64,000 nt of DNA from an uncultured virus (IMG/VR IMGVR_UViG_3300020190_000040) (IMGVR_UViG_3300020190_000040); one strand, 5' to 3'. Shown: positions 30,501 through 38,578, numbered from the stretch's first letter. A program made the numbers and translations. Notes: generated from the sequence alone by a model not told the origin.

Positions 30501-33500
30501 TCTAATAACTCTTTTATCTGGATAAGTTCCATCTTTTGCTCTAGGAACAAGTCTAACAGGCGTACCAGTTTCAAAGTTATGGGGATTCGATGTTCCACCA
30601 CCAGTATTAACAGTAAATAAAGTAGCTCTTGTGGCAAGATTAGCAGTATCTAATGTAGATTCTACTCTGGTGATATTAGTAAACTCAGGTGTAGTTTTTG
30701 TAATACCATTCAAATTACCAGGAGTGTCTTCTGTTCCAATCGATTGAATAAGAATAGCCATCAAATTATTGATGGCAGTAGCAACACCAGCACATGCTGG
30801 GTTTAATGGATCTTGTAGAATAGTTAAATCTTTATATTGAGTTAAAGTAGATCCAGTAATTGTAATGGTTTCATTTCTCATGGCTTGAATAGCCATGTCT
30901 CTTACTTGCTGATAAACGTATGTAGATTGTGATCTTTCGCCTGCTAGTAAAGCAGGTTGAGTAGCATAAAGTAATCCAGCTTCATAAATTTTACTATTAG
31001 ATCCATACTTAACGTTAAATGTTAGAGCATCAATAACTTTAAGAACATCATCAATACACTCTTGATTACCTCCAGGAATTACAAATCCAGGGAAGTATGT
31101 TAACATCCTATCAACAGCAACTTCAGCAATTAACTGTTTATTAGACTTGATTAAATTAGAAGCATCAATTGCTGTGCTATTTAAAGGAGATAATCCTTGA
31201 TTTAAAATTAAATTAACGTTGCTAAAATATCCTTGAATAGTGGTAGCAATATCAACACATTCTGGATATCCTTTTTCAGTTCCAGTCCAAGTACTTGTAT
31301 CTTGGAGAATAGTAGGATCTTTAGTAGCAAATTGTGCTGCCCAAGCACCTTGTAAATTGTTATTGCTATCTGTTAAAGAAGCAGTTTGAGGAAGTTCAAA
31401 ATACAAATACGCACCACTAGCAGTAGTGGTGTTGGCAACTACAGTTGTTCCTGTGGATAATTTGCTTCCTTGTGTACCGAGTTCAATTTTTGTAGCATCT
31501 AAAATTCTTTTTACATAAACATTTGAAGGAATAACAGGGAAATCCGTAACAGGAACAGCATTAGCATTCAATCTACCATTAGTAAAATTAGTAGTATTAT
31601 AAGCATACTGAGTTACTTTCATTCCAATTACAATACCGCTAGTATCACCAATATCAACAATTGGAGACCCAGTAGTTGTAGCACAATTTCTAATTAGATA
31701 ATCAAAGTTTCTCATTGCTGAGATACAAAGATTCTTCACATAATCAAGTCCTTCAATGGTTTCATTTAATTCACTAGTAATATAAGAAAGTTGTCCACCA
31801 ACATAGTATCCTTCAGCAGCTTGAATCGTATTGATATTTCCACCAAGTCTTAAATCTTGAATAACAGCATCAACAAAGATACCAATATCTCTTTGACATT
31901 TAGAGATGGTAATATTAGTATTTGTAAGAAGATTTGGATATTTTTGTATGATATATCCGTATGCTTCCTGTTGAATGAACGTTTTATTATCTTCAATTCT
32001 ATTAGCAGCATCTTGTGCTACACTATCAATAGAAACTCCATCTGGATTTAAAGTATCTAATGATACGGTATATCTCTTAAATCCTGATGGTGATAAAGTA
32101 CAATTATATTCGTCTGTAGACCCACTAGTTGATTTTAACTTTAGAAAAATCTTCTCATCATTTTTAGCACCTAATCTATATGTTTCAATAGTTGTGGTTG
32201 GTTTAGTGAATGGATCATAAGCATTATCAGCACCATAATATAGCTTTGTATTGTTAGATTCTAATTTTGTTGGTTGTAGAGCAATTGAATAATATTTTAA
32301 AGTATTTTCATTGAAAGAACTAGAATCAATTTCTTTTACTGGAATAATATCTGTAATGTATCCGCCTTTATCTTGATTAAAAGCAAATCCTTTAAATCCA
32401 GCAGCATGTAGTGACGTATTACCGAAGTTTGAGTTGGAGTTGGTGATAGACATATCACCACCAGATTCCATTAAGAAGTGATCATGGAATCCTACAGCGA
32501 ATACCGATACACACTGGATGAAGGCATCATTAGAAGCACGGATGTGGAAGTTTCTCCAATCATCTTTCCAATAAGCGTCACCTTTTGCGTGATAAGGAAC
32601 AGTAGCAAAAGCATCAGTTAATGATGCCTGATTCCAAGTGTTTGTAAATTCATCATAACGAATAAACGCTCTGTCATCTTTCTGTAGAGAAACCCCAGTG
32701 TACTGAGCGACAACCATTGAGCGGAAACCAGTTGCTTTGGCACCATCCGCCCACATACCACAAATACCCCATGTGGATCTAATTGAGCAGTTAAACACAT
32801 ATGGAGAAGCAGATTCTACAGAATCAATTTCTGCTTGTCCACGAGCGTTTGTACTTAATGCTGGAGTGCTTCCTGTGCTATATCCATCTTGTGTAATATC
32901 TAACCCAAGAATTGCTATCGTTGAATTTACTTCATATTCAAATACTTTTGGATTATTTCCAACGTTAGTAGCAGTTACTTTAAATGTTCCATTTAAAAGA
33001 TCATTCAATCCATTATCAATAATGGCAATATATTGATCTTTAAAGTATCCATGAGCAATTTTAGTAGTTACACGTACAGTTGTCTTTTCTGTATTTGTAT
33101 TAGCAACTAGTTTGATATTAACAATACTTCTTGTATCAGAAAGAGGTCCAACAATTCTATTTTCTTGTGGTAATGGTTCAAAATCACCATCATCAATTGT
33201 TGGTTGGAATAAAGCAAAAGCTCTAGCAACTTTTTGATAGTAAAGGTCTAATTCCTGGTTTTCTGCATACTCCATAATGCAGATTTTGTGGTGTGAGTAC
33301 TCAGGAACAGCAAGTTGAGAAACATTACCCTTCTGGAAGTAAACTTTACCTACATTATCAGTTTCGTCAAATAATGGAGAATTGCTTGAAAGATCTCCAT
33401 CTTTAATAGTAAATTGCCAAATATAGCATCCACCAGTTAGATTGAAAATGGAAGTTCTTCCTTGTGTTCCATCTGTAGGGTCTGGAACATAAAGAGGACG

Positions 33501-35522
33501 TACAATAGTTCTACGAAGATCATAACCAATAAGAGAACAACCTCTAGGTACGATAGCACCACCAGTAGAAGCATTAAATTTGTAAAGTACGTTATCTGGA
33601 TTGCTGAGATCTAAAACAGTATTATCTTGCCATTCTTCTAAAGCTTTGCTGTAGTTAAATACAGGAATTGTTCCAGTAACTTGAATATCAGCAAGATTGT
33701 TTAAATTACCAGCATCAATTGTTGTTGTAATAATGGCAATTAGTGTATCAATGTTTGTTTGTACATCAATACAAGTAGCGGCATTTCCTGAAGGTAGATT
33801 TGGGATAACCACCCCACCCAAATCATAATCAGCTGGTCCAGGAGAAATTGTAAGATCTTTGGTAGATAGTTGATTTGTTACCGCTTTTTTCATCATATCA
33901 CGAGCCATGTTAAATGCTGTGATAGATTGATCTTCTTCGTCTACTAATCCGTTTGCAATTGGAACACCAGATTTAGAAAAATATGATTTTGTAGCAGCAA
34001 TAATATTAGCATTTCCGCCATTAGCCAAATCGGAAGAAACTGCATCAACAATATATCCAATGTCACGCTTACACTTTGTTTCTCCTGGAGTAATATTTGG
34101 AACTGTTTCTGCTACCAAATTAGTTAAATTACCAGCGGTAACTGTTGTTGTAACAATAGCCGTTAAAGATGTTATGGCAGCAGCGACATCAGCACAAGAA
34201 CTAACACTTGTATTTGATCCAGTTGCAGGATCTGCTGTAATAGTGAGATCTTTATAATATAATTGATTATTGATTGCCTGAATCATCATATCTCTTGCCT
34301 TAGCAAAAGCGGTATTTGATTGTTCTTGCTCATCTTGCAAGCCGTTATTTACCCAAGATGTTCCAGCAGCATTAAAATAATTTTTGATAAATTTACGAGT
34401 ATATCTATTTCCACCACCCTGAAAAATATCTAGTGAAATAGCATCAACAAAAATTCCAATGTCTCTACGACATTTGGGTTCACCTACCAAAGAAAATACT
34501 CCATCATTAACTGGATTTGGTAATCCAGCGATAGAACCAGTAGAAATAGCTGTAGTTACAATGGTATTTAATGTATCAATAGCAGCTCTAACATCAGCAC
34601 ATGAGTTAGGGCTTGTATTTAAACCAGTAAGTGGATCAGCTGTTATTGTCAAATCGTTTACTGCTAATCCATTGACAATAGCAGTTTTCATTAATGCTGC
34701 TGCTTCGTTAAAAGCATAGACAGACTGTACTTCTTCACCAACTAAACCATTAGAAATTGGAACTCCATTATTAAAATATTGAAGAGCAAATTCTTTAGAA
34801 TATCTATTTCCTCTTGTATATACATCCAAAGAAATAGAATCAACAAAGATGCCCAAATCTCTCTTACACTTTGTTTCTGTAGGAGCAGAAGATGGATACT
34901 GAGCAAGCATATTTGCCCAGGCAGTATTAACAATTTGTGTTTTGTTTAGTTTAATTAAACGATAAGAATCAGCATATCTAGATCCAGTATCTGTTTGACT
35001 ATCACCAGGAAAATAAAAATCTGGATGTTGTACAGCAACTTCAGCTAATGCTGTATCTACAATAACTGTTCTATTTTTTTGGATAAAACGATAAGCATCC
35101 GCATATCTAGAACTGGAATCTGTTTGATTGTCCCCAGGAAAATAAAAATCTGGATGTTGTACAGCAACTTCAGCAGCGGCACGATCTATAATTTCTTGGC
35201 GATTAGCAAGAATTAAATTTTGAGAATCATAATAACGTTGTCTTCCGCCCTCATTATAATCAACTAATCCAGGTCTGTTATCAATATAGTGATCACCAGG
35301 CATCAACATGATGCTGAACTGGTCAAATCTATCGTTGTCTTTTCCTGGTAAATATGAGTATCTAGCTACTTCAATAAATGCCCTTTGAATTGTTTTAAAC
35401 GGTCTTAAGGGCGAATTACCCCTATTATCAAGTTCATCAGTAGCGTTGAAATCATCTGGTGATACATACAGATACTTTCCTGTTTTGCTTGAATAGAGAT
35501 TATCAAGTCTTGTAAGAGCCAT
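24540..35522 (-). CDS. 3660-aa virion structural/fibre protein with five phycobiliprotein-like helical repeats
   Basis: TATAAATA late promoter; N-terminal YVSPDD..ATD...RPFKTIQRA; beta-rich C-half; KCxRD(I/L)G repeats; ends QGWWLMEI. Confidence 0.85.
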   Translation of the reverse strand: MALTRLDNLYSSKTGKYLYVSPDDFNATDELDNRGNSPLRPFKTIQRAFIEVARYSYLPGKDNDRFDQFSIMLMPGDHYIDNRPGLVDYNEGGRQRYYDSQNLILANRQEIIDRAAAEVAVQHPDFYFPGDNQTDSSSRYADAYRFIQKNRTVIVDTALAEVAVQHPDFYFPGDSQTDTGSRYADSYRLIKLNKTQIVNTAWANMLAQYPSSAPTETKCKRDLGIFVDSISLDVYTRGNRYSKEFALQYFNNGVPISNGLVGEEVQSVYAFNEAAALMKTAIVNGLAVNDLTITADPLTGLNTSPNSCADVRAAIDTLNTIVTTAISTGSIAGLPNPVNDGVFSLVGEPKCRRDIGIFVDAISLDIFQGGGNRYTRKFIKNYFNAAGTSWVNNGLQDEQEQSNTAFAKARDMMIQAINNQLYYKDLTITADPATGSNTSVSSCADVAAAITSLTAIVTTTVTAGNLTNLVAETVPNITPGETKCKRDIGYIVDAVSSDLANGGNANIIAATKSYFSKSGVPIANGLVDEEDQSITAFNMARDMMKKAVTNQLSTKDLTISPGPADYDLGGVVIPNLPSGNAATCIDVQTNIDTLIAIITTTIDAGNLNNLADIQVTGTIPVFNYSKALEEWQDNTVLDLSNPDNVLYKFNASTGGAIVPRGCSLIGYDLRRTIVRPLYVPDPTDGTQGRTSIFNLTGGCYIWQFTIKDGDLSSNSPLFDETDNVGKVYFQKGNVSQLAVPEYSHHKICIMEYAENQELDLYYQKVARAFALFQPTIDDGDFEPLPQENRIVGPLSDTRSIVNIKLVANTNTEKTTVRVTTKIAHGYFKDQYIAIIDNGLNDLLNGTFKVTATNVGNNPKVFEYEVNSTIAILGLDITQDGYSTGSTPALSTNARGQAEIDSVESASPYVFNCSIRSTWGICGMWADGAKATGFRSMVVAQYTGVSLQKDDRAFIRYDEFTNTWNQASLTDAFATVPYHAKGDAYWKDDWRNFHIRASNDAFIQCVSVFAVGFHDHFLMESGGDMSITNSNSNFGNTSLHAAGFKGFAFNQDKGGYITDIIPVKEIDSSSFNENTLKYYSIALQPTKLESNNTKLYYGADNAYDPFTKPTTTIETYRLGAKNDEKIFLKLKSTSGSTDEYNCTLSPSGFKRYTVSLDTLNPDGVSIDSVAQDAANRIEDNKTFIQQEAYGYIIQKYPNLLTNTNITISKCQRDIGIFVDAVIQDLRLGGNINTIQAAEGYYVGGQLSYITSELNETIEGLDYVKNLCISAMRNFDYLIRNCATTTGSPIVDIGDTSGIVIGMKVTQYAYNTTNFTNGRLNANAVPVTDFPVIPSNVYVKRILDATKIELGTQGSKLSTGTTVVANTTTASGAYLYFELPQTASLTDSNNNLQGAWAAQFATKDPTILQDTSTWTGTEKGYPECVDIATTIQGYFSNVNLILNQGLSPLNSTAIDASNLIKSNKQLIAEVAVDRMLTYFPGFVIPGGNQECIDDVLKVIDALTFNVKYGSNSKIYEAGLLYATQPALLAGERSQSTYVYQQVRDMAIQAMRNETITITGSTLTQYKDLTILQDPLNPACAGVATAINNLMAILIQSIGTEDTPGNLNGITKTTPEFTNITRVESTLDTANLATRATLFTVNTGGGTSNPHNFETGTPVRLVPRAKDGTYPDKRVIRLPRGFDTNTIYYVIAPGRGTYPENYADDAIYPNIFGPTASTKLMLASTKENAAAGIYIYSSETDSVDQNVEIELQQYTLDETYNLHKYTCNFTAGQTDVIKTDIPHIFDTPGNINQVQKIFFRTFGDPADSQLPQITVNGVSSPVSTTEYYYVRYVSSKTFSVHTTAAEALAGTPRVTFTSGFGKDFYVFADKRVSPVRFDVTAQVIETSTNITRTGLWYINVKDETTEQYNILKRLHELGATVKDERSKNTFYKRLTDSRTAADRIYRLRYVIPEYAEGVRDPLRGFVIKARTDETRKLLPQKIILKKVASGSPNVAYFETEIPNPTGGTITQQLGLTSSELNANFDYDPYNSGQSKVITSDKTASKIGFTIQSARKVNISGTDLLELTVFDHTITNDALKNDKFTTVEITAPQGGSFRINASTTTDLSRINWSGYSSGGGWLQGYFNVQETGKHYLIIKNIDDNKIIPYNSLITTKFSQPVLDQNGNPTFDSNNNPVLIYANLAAKENSVGSTDNSLSKSAKADYLYSNKDANVLTVTPGDIIEDDDSVQYRVLSVEDAGEIEDTFYIFDINEIQRRIPNQQSGIYYLTVVKGNISPYPTGAGVGENFRYYKFSQPISQLYPLNYKNDPLWFQIKQDGSRDTSIIDTPPTVCAANNYVHGLVTTNDYKNSETKESVLDLIENPSLSRYDYVTNAIKAQEGNAVSGSEDRKIPICGDSPYPTEGKLYVELRRPSIARSGNHTFEYLGFGPGNYSTGFPLRQEVVLSDIQDFYAQSKKEDGGIVFYTGLNSNGDLYIGNRKINAITGEETYLERAVLADSADETGDIGGLVTTFELPVVFEKDITVDGNANFNNPVTINVEANEPNALTVVSNVSSIAGDDISLDGQAFDLSSIPSGGDIVLHKNQIWAGVYNLNPRGNTLLSGQDYSIRTHVDQTNGNTPSNHTPNQELSTLGLAIQFGTSGPKPGDILLKGKEIGSTGSLAWVFSNFYSDITSSVFTVTALGNNLVRFNLQAGVSTTDAAVNIVVGSTLRIGGLTGRFTNVNGIRTVTDKTASTFTVTTPFVISTSPNDPTVITGSTIEISRNSWKEVGVLGAEALRTNTDNYGDFRLGINTLARASHGTGGDQINGFVSEAVKPRANLDIVGTAFISGKTLATSPNNFTANPTLAARTFLTQNNAFLVGGDSSAPNNASTLRVMTTNNGRFGINTTFNGTVSTDLDRTFVVIGNARITQDVRLQANLEVNGGSLTTTSTFFNLTTTPTDVNAFDGANNLNIASVTTGTQVVNFGNIASNSTFNIGAFSTTGVLNIHSSTTSSVISLGTANNTNTNSTSVVRIGGAYSKNSDSLINGSILKVYNRYAHFDGDVSFGKGLATATGIARLQSNAQQVDFLTITTSKVNLATAASTVNIGALGGNTTVQNSLTILANTTMNGDTTLLGGLNSGSFQLRRGSFSVPTQTHTAGNNTTIFNIDLYKRQPINKTIDTEGAATYGNTTWKVSTTDPETYFLPIGEVATSLEYEVGAYLLIDRSVAVTGQNTTVSPVGEQYSELLEIVEITNINNITSPPSLRITVKRARNQLTSSGGMVVDNNAPSGYKFLRHDHPDNAILVRYNLSKTVSFLTTTLNAPTPGTLQNATTGTFSGTVTVGDIFRLSANAEGYLGELTFVNGVTETSVQKFVVNDGGTPATELFVVESTTGNTSIYGNTTVYKNLTLSGSTTANTDRLIITDGTTVNNFVVDSANGNTSIAGNLGVGGTLYDKFVVTGSSGNTLLKGGNLTITASDGTTNRLTLQNSSGNLTISGTLTASGTGENVFVGDIKLTGGDLTVSKLVGNVETNIFKINNTGSIDYANQTGFFTPSGARKWIYASGGAEIIEVQSNINYFVAPSANTVIKLPLTPTTGDMIRIVDVGGLLTYNVSLKFRCPTGTRIQGDGTNSGGTPDPGSTYNGGELIIQTPNAALGLIFIGSTNYDGTTTGAPSTQQGWWLMEI
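35005..35174. repeat. 41-bp exact direct repeat (129-bp period) inside the giant gene
   Basis: 35005-35045 = 35134-35174, encoding AEVAVQHPDFYFPG. Confidence 0.9.
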
Positions 35523-35561
35523 AATTACTCAAACCTAGGTTTACGTTGTTCTTCTTACGAA

Positions 35562-35569
35562 TATTTATA
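35562..35569 (-). promoter_or_regulatory. T4-type late promoter
   Basis: TATAAATA about 40 nt upstream of the giant gene. Confidence 0.85.
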
Positions 35570-35570
35570 A

Positions 35571-35597
35571 ACAATAAAACCCCCTTAAGGGGGGTTT
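35571..35597 (-). terminator. intrinsic terminator
   Basis: AAACCCCC-CTTAA-GGGGGTTT followed by TATTGTT. Confidence 0.75.
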
Positions 35598-35640
35598 AAA
35601 GTCACACGGAAGGGGTTTGGTTTGATGGCAGTATCGCCAA

Positions 35641-35712
35641 CTGGAGTGGTGGGATTCGAACCTACGACCAATCGGTTAACAGCCGACCGCTCTACCACTG
35701 AGCTACACTCCA
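35641..35712 (-). tRNA. tRNA-Asn(GTT)
   Basis: Cloverleaf TGGAGTG/CACTCCA, GTCGG-CTGTTAA-CCGAT, GGTTCGAATCC; CCA not encoded. Confidence 0.95.
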
Positions 35713-35737
35713 ATGAGTCAGGATTGCTTACAATACA

Positions 35738-36298
35738 TCATTCTACATCCTCGAAAAAGATAGTGTGGTATTCACCTTCTACTTCTTCAAAGGTAAAGTT
35801 TTCGTGCCAAGCATAGGATATCATCTCCTTGACTGTTAATACTTGATCTTTCTCAAAGACATCTGTATATTTGATGTTGATAAATCTAACTTTGTAAGTC
35901 ATTTTGCAAGAAGTTTTGGAAAAATATAAAAGTGAAGAGAACATATCAAGAAGGTCTGCGGCTTGATTACAGATTATACCATGTTTAGTAAAGTATTGGT
36001 CAATCATTTCTTCATTTTGAGCCCAAGAACGAAGTTCAAGTGCAAGTTCTGTTGCGAGTTCTTGATGTTCAATCTTCGCAAGTTCCTTCATTGCATCCGA
36101 ATGTTCCTCAATAAAGTTCTTTGCGATGTCTAGGACTTTGTTTTCTTTTTCTCTTCGTGCTGCCTCTTCCAGCATTTCTTCGTGGTTCATAAGTTCTCGG
36201 ATTTTCTCCTTTCCGTATTGTGTGAGTTCTTGTTTTTTACTACGAAGTTCTTCAACTTCTTTTTGAGTCAGATTGACCCAGGGCATATCATCGTTCAT
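35738..36298 (-). CDS. hypothetical protein
   Basis: Start MNDDMPW by ATGA overlap; helical and acidic. Confidence 0.7.
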   Translation of the reverse strand: MNDDMPWVNLTQKEVEELRSKKQELTQYGKEKIRELMNHEEMLEEAARREKENKVLDIAKNFIEEHSDAMKELAKIEHQELATELALELRSWAQNEEMIDQYFTKHGIICNQAADLLDMFSSLLYFSKTSCKMTYKVRFINIKYTDVFEKDQVLTVKEMISYAWHENFTFEEVEGEYHTIFFEDVE

Positions 36299-36528
36299 CG
36301 TGGTGGAGGACAATATAAAAAATACTTGTATTCAGCAAGTGGTCCGTAATGCCACTGTATTATATCACATTCTTTGTAAGTGCCAATCACTTTGGTAGAT
36401 TGTGATTCAACTGGAGGATTCTGTGACTGATAGAGTAGAAAAATAATTAGAATAACTCCTCCCACAATAATACCAATAGAACCAGCACCACGTAAAAACT
36501 CTTTAAGTGCTACTTTATCATCGTTCAT
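36295..36528 (-). CDS. small membrane protein
   Basis: One TM helix then YKECDIIQW...YKYFLYC. Confidence 0.75.
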   Translation of the reverse strand: MNDDKVALKEFLRGAGSIGIIVGGVILIIFLLYQSQNPPVESQSTKVIGTYKECDIIQWHYGPLAEYKYFLYCPPPR

Positions 36529-36977
36529 AACTTATCAAATTCAAACATACCAGTTTCTTTGCCCCATACTAGATTACCATCAGCATCATATCCAGCATCT
36601 CTACCATAGTATTTCTTATCGTTGAACTTGATTTCACTAATAATCTTGATATCTTTGACAATACAAGTATCACAGGGTTGATACACCCAGAACTCACCAT
36701 CCCAACAAATGGTATGTACACACAACTCGTTCCAACTACTGTCGTAGGTATAAAATAAAACCTCGTTATCATTCACCTGTTCAAAGGTATGAAATGATTC
36801 CCGATAAGGTTCTGGATTTTCTTTTTCCACCAGATCAATTTCATAGAAACTTTGAGATCTAATTCTATTACCAAATCCCATGCTATCCCACACCAAGCGG
36901 ATCATAGCATAATCAAATGGATACATAAAAGCTTGATTTTTATTAGAATATTGTCCTATAATTTCTCCAAATTTCAT
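36525..36977 (-). CDS. cpeT: T-type phycobilin lyase (CpeT/CpcT family)
   Basis: GQYSNKNQA..P..YA.I, PYR, RDAGYDADGNLVWG...G.FEFDK; short phage-type length. Confidence 0.85.
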   Translation of the reverse strand: MKFGEIIGQYSNKNQAFMYPFDYAMIRLVWDSMGFGNRIRSQSFYEIDLVEKENPEPYRESFHTFEQVNDNEVLFYTYDSSWNELCVHTICWDGEFWVYQPCDTCIVKDIKIISEIKFNDKKYYGRDAGYDADGNLVWGKETGMFEFDKL

Positions 36978-37006
36978 ATCAGCACAGTACCAGAGGTTAA
37001 TTTTTA

Positions 37007-37624
37007 TTAATTAGAGCTAGGGTGTAAAAATTGAGTAATACAGAATCTACCAAGTTTTTGATCTAAATCCTTTTTTTTCATAACAACAGGATCAACTTTA
37101 TGAGAAATCATAGAAGGAAATATTACCATTCTATTGTTTAACACATTAATCTTGTTTTTATTATAAAAATGTAAATCTCCACCTTTAAATTTTTTTGGTT
37201 CTTTATAAAACCAAGTCAAAGACGTTATACACGATTCATCAGAGTGAAAGTTGTAATAATCTTTATTTTCATAATAAGAGAGTAATGTAAAATCACTCTC
37301 ACATTTAAAGTTTTGGTAAAACCAATGATTGCTATCTTTAACAATAGAATCCCAATAATCAAATATCTTTCTGTTCACTGTTAAAATATTAGAAGCATCT
37401 CTAACGGTATAGAGCTCATCCACAAATATAGAATAATTACTTTTTTTTAAAGAATTTCCAAATTCATCTACCGCCGCACCAGATCCAACTTGAGACCCAA
37501 AATGCATAGCATTTTTCTTTGTTAAAAAATTTAACTCGTCCCATATTAAATCTAATTCTTTTTCATCATAGTAATCATCAATTACTATAGCAGGAAATTC
37601 AAAATTTACATGATTAATTTTCAT
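37007..37624 (-). CDS. 2OG-Fe(II) oxygenase
   Basis: HSD, FKGGDL, NRMVIFPS..SHKV, GRF. Confidence 0.9.
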   Translation of the reverse strand: MKINHVNFEFPAIVIDDYYDEKELDLIWDELNFLTKKNAMHFGSQVGSGAAVDEFGNSLKKSNYSIFVDELYTVRDASNILTVNRKIFDYWDSIVKDSNHWFYQNFKCESDFTLLSYYENKDYYNFHSDESCITSLTWFYKEPKKFKGGDLHFYNKNKINVLNNRMVIFPSMISHKVDPVVMKKKDLDQKLGRFCITQFLHPSSN

Positions 37625-37775
37625 GTTTAAAATGCTCTAATTTAATCCAATTAAGAAGAGTGTAATATTGGTTAAGTCTATTTTCATCGTGTTTTGAATA
37701 AGATTTCAAATGTAGAATATAAAATTGTAAAGCGTCTTCAACCATTTTACGGTCTTGTTGGGAAAGCAACGACAT
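37614..37775 (-). CDS. 53-aa hypothetical protein (not in ORF track)
   Basis: MSLLSQQDRKMVEDALQFY...YYTLLNWIKLEHFKHEN; GAGG upstream. Confidence 0.65.
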   Translation of the reverse strand: MSLLSQQDRKMVEDALQFYILHLKSYSKHDENRLNQYYTLLNWIKLEHFKHEN

Positions 37776-37862
37776 TTTCACCCTCGACTTTTTTAGTGAT
37801 TTTTTGGCGGAATTTTTTTTCCTGTTTTTATGTATCTAAGTTTTGAATTTGAAAATTCAAAA

Positions 37863-37945
37863 TGTCGATGAGAGGACTTGAACCTCCACGTCATAAAGAC
37901 ACTGGAACCTAAACCCAGCGCGTCTACCAATTCCGCCACATCGAC
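37863..37945 (-). tRNA. tRNA-Leu(TAG)
   Basis: Cloverleaf with long variable arm, CTGGG-TTTAGGT-TCCAG. Confidence 0.95.
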
Positions 37946-38000
37946 AGATGAGTCGGATATGATGGTCCCGACTCGTATGGAAGAACCGAAGTCCATCCAA

Positions 38001-38072
38001 AGCCTAATGTCAGACTTGAACTGACGACCGCTCGCTTACAAGGCGAGTGCTCTACCACTGAGCTAATTAGGC
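38001..38072 (-). tRNA. tRNA-Thr(TGT)
   Basis: GCCTAAT/ATTAGGC, CTCGC-CTTGTAA-GCGAG. Confidence 0.95.
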
Positions 38073-38076
38073 AACA

Positions 38077-38343
38077 TCAATCGTCTTTTGGAAGCAGGTC
38101 TGGATTTTCTACCTGGATCTCAAACATTAAAGGGTGCATTTCTTCCATTATTAGATAGGTAGAACATTTATACAGATCTTCATCATCATAATCACGATGT
38201 TGAAGTGCTTCCGTTTGGACTGATGGGTGATCTTGTATAATTTGAGGAAGTTCATCAAATGTATACGGAACACCTTGAATGAAATACATACGAACTATTT
38301 CACCCATATAAAAGCAATATGCTTGAGAGAGTGTGTATTTCAT
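38077..38343 (-). CDS. hypothetical protein
   Basis: 88-aa ORF between tRNAs with CTAAATA late promoter. Confidence 0.8.
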   Translation of the reverse strand: MKYTLSQAYCFYMGEIVRMYFIQGVPYTFDELPQIIQDHPSVQTEALQHRDYDDEDLYKCSTYLIMEEMHPLMFEIQVENPDLLPKDD

Positions 38344-38376
38344 TACAAATTTCCACTACAATGTATTTAGTGGAAA

Positions 38377-38459
38377 TAGGAGCAGGGAGACTTGAACTCC
38401 CACGGGCACTGCCCAACAGATTTTAAGTCTGGTGTGTCTACCGATTCCACCATGCTCCC
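38377..38459 (-). tRNA. tRNA-Leu(TAA)
   Basis: Long variable arm, CAGA-CTTAAAA-TCTG. Confidence 0.95.
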
Positions 38460-38473
38460 TTGGTGATGGGACA

Positions 38474-38502
38474 ATCATAGCAGATGCTGCTCAGATTGTC
38501 AA
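38474..38502 (-). promoter_or_regulatory. sigma70-type promoter inside the tRNA cluster
   Basis: TTGACA-17-TATGAT. Confidence 0.75.
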
Positions 38503-38503
38503 G

Positions 38504-38576
38504 TGCTCCTTGAGGGGATCGAACCCACCTCACATCGATTATGAGTCGATTGCTTTCACCAGATAGCTAAAGGAGC
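38504..38576 (-). tRNA. tRNA with CAT anticodon (probably Ile2, otherwise elongator Met)
   Basis: ATCGA-CTCATAA-TCGAT; acceptor GCTCCTT has C4-G69/C5-G68 (TilS determinants); no initiator features. Confidence 0.9.
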
Positions 38577-38578
38577 GA

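Noticed and set aside
36285..36528. Two consecutive genes both starting ATGAACGATGATA (MNDD)
   Set aside because: Only about 13 nt shared, with no further similarity
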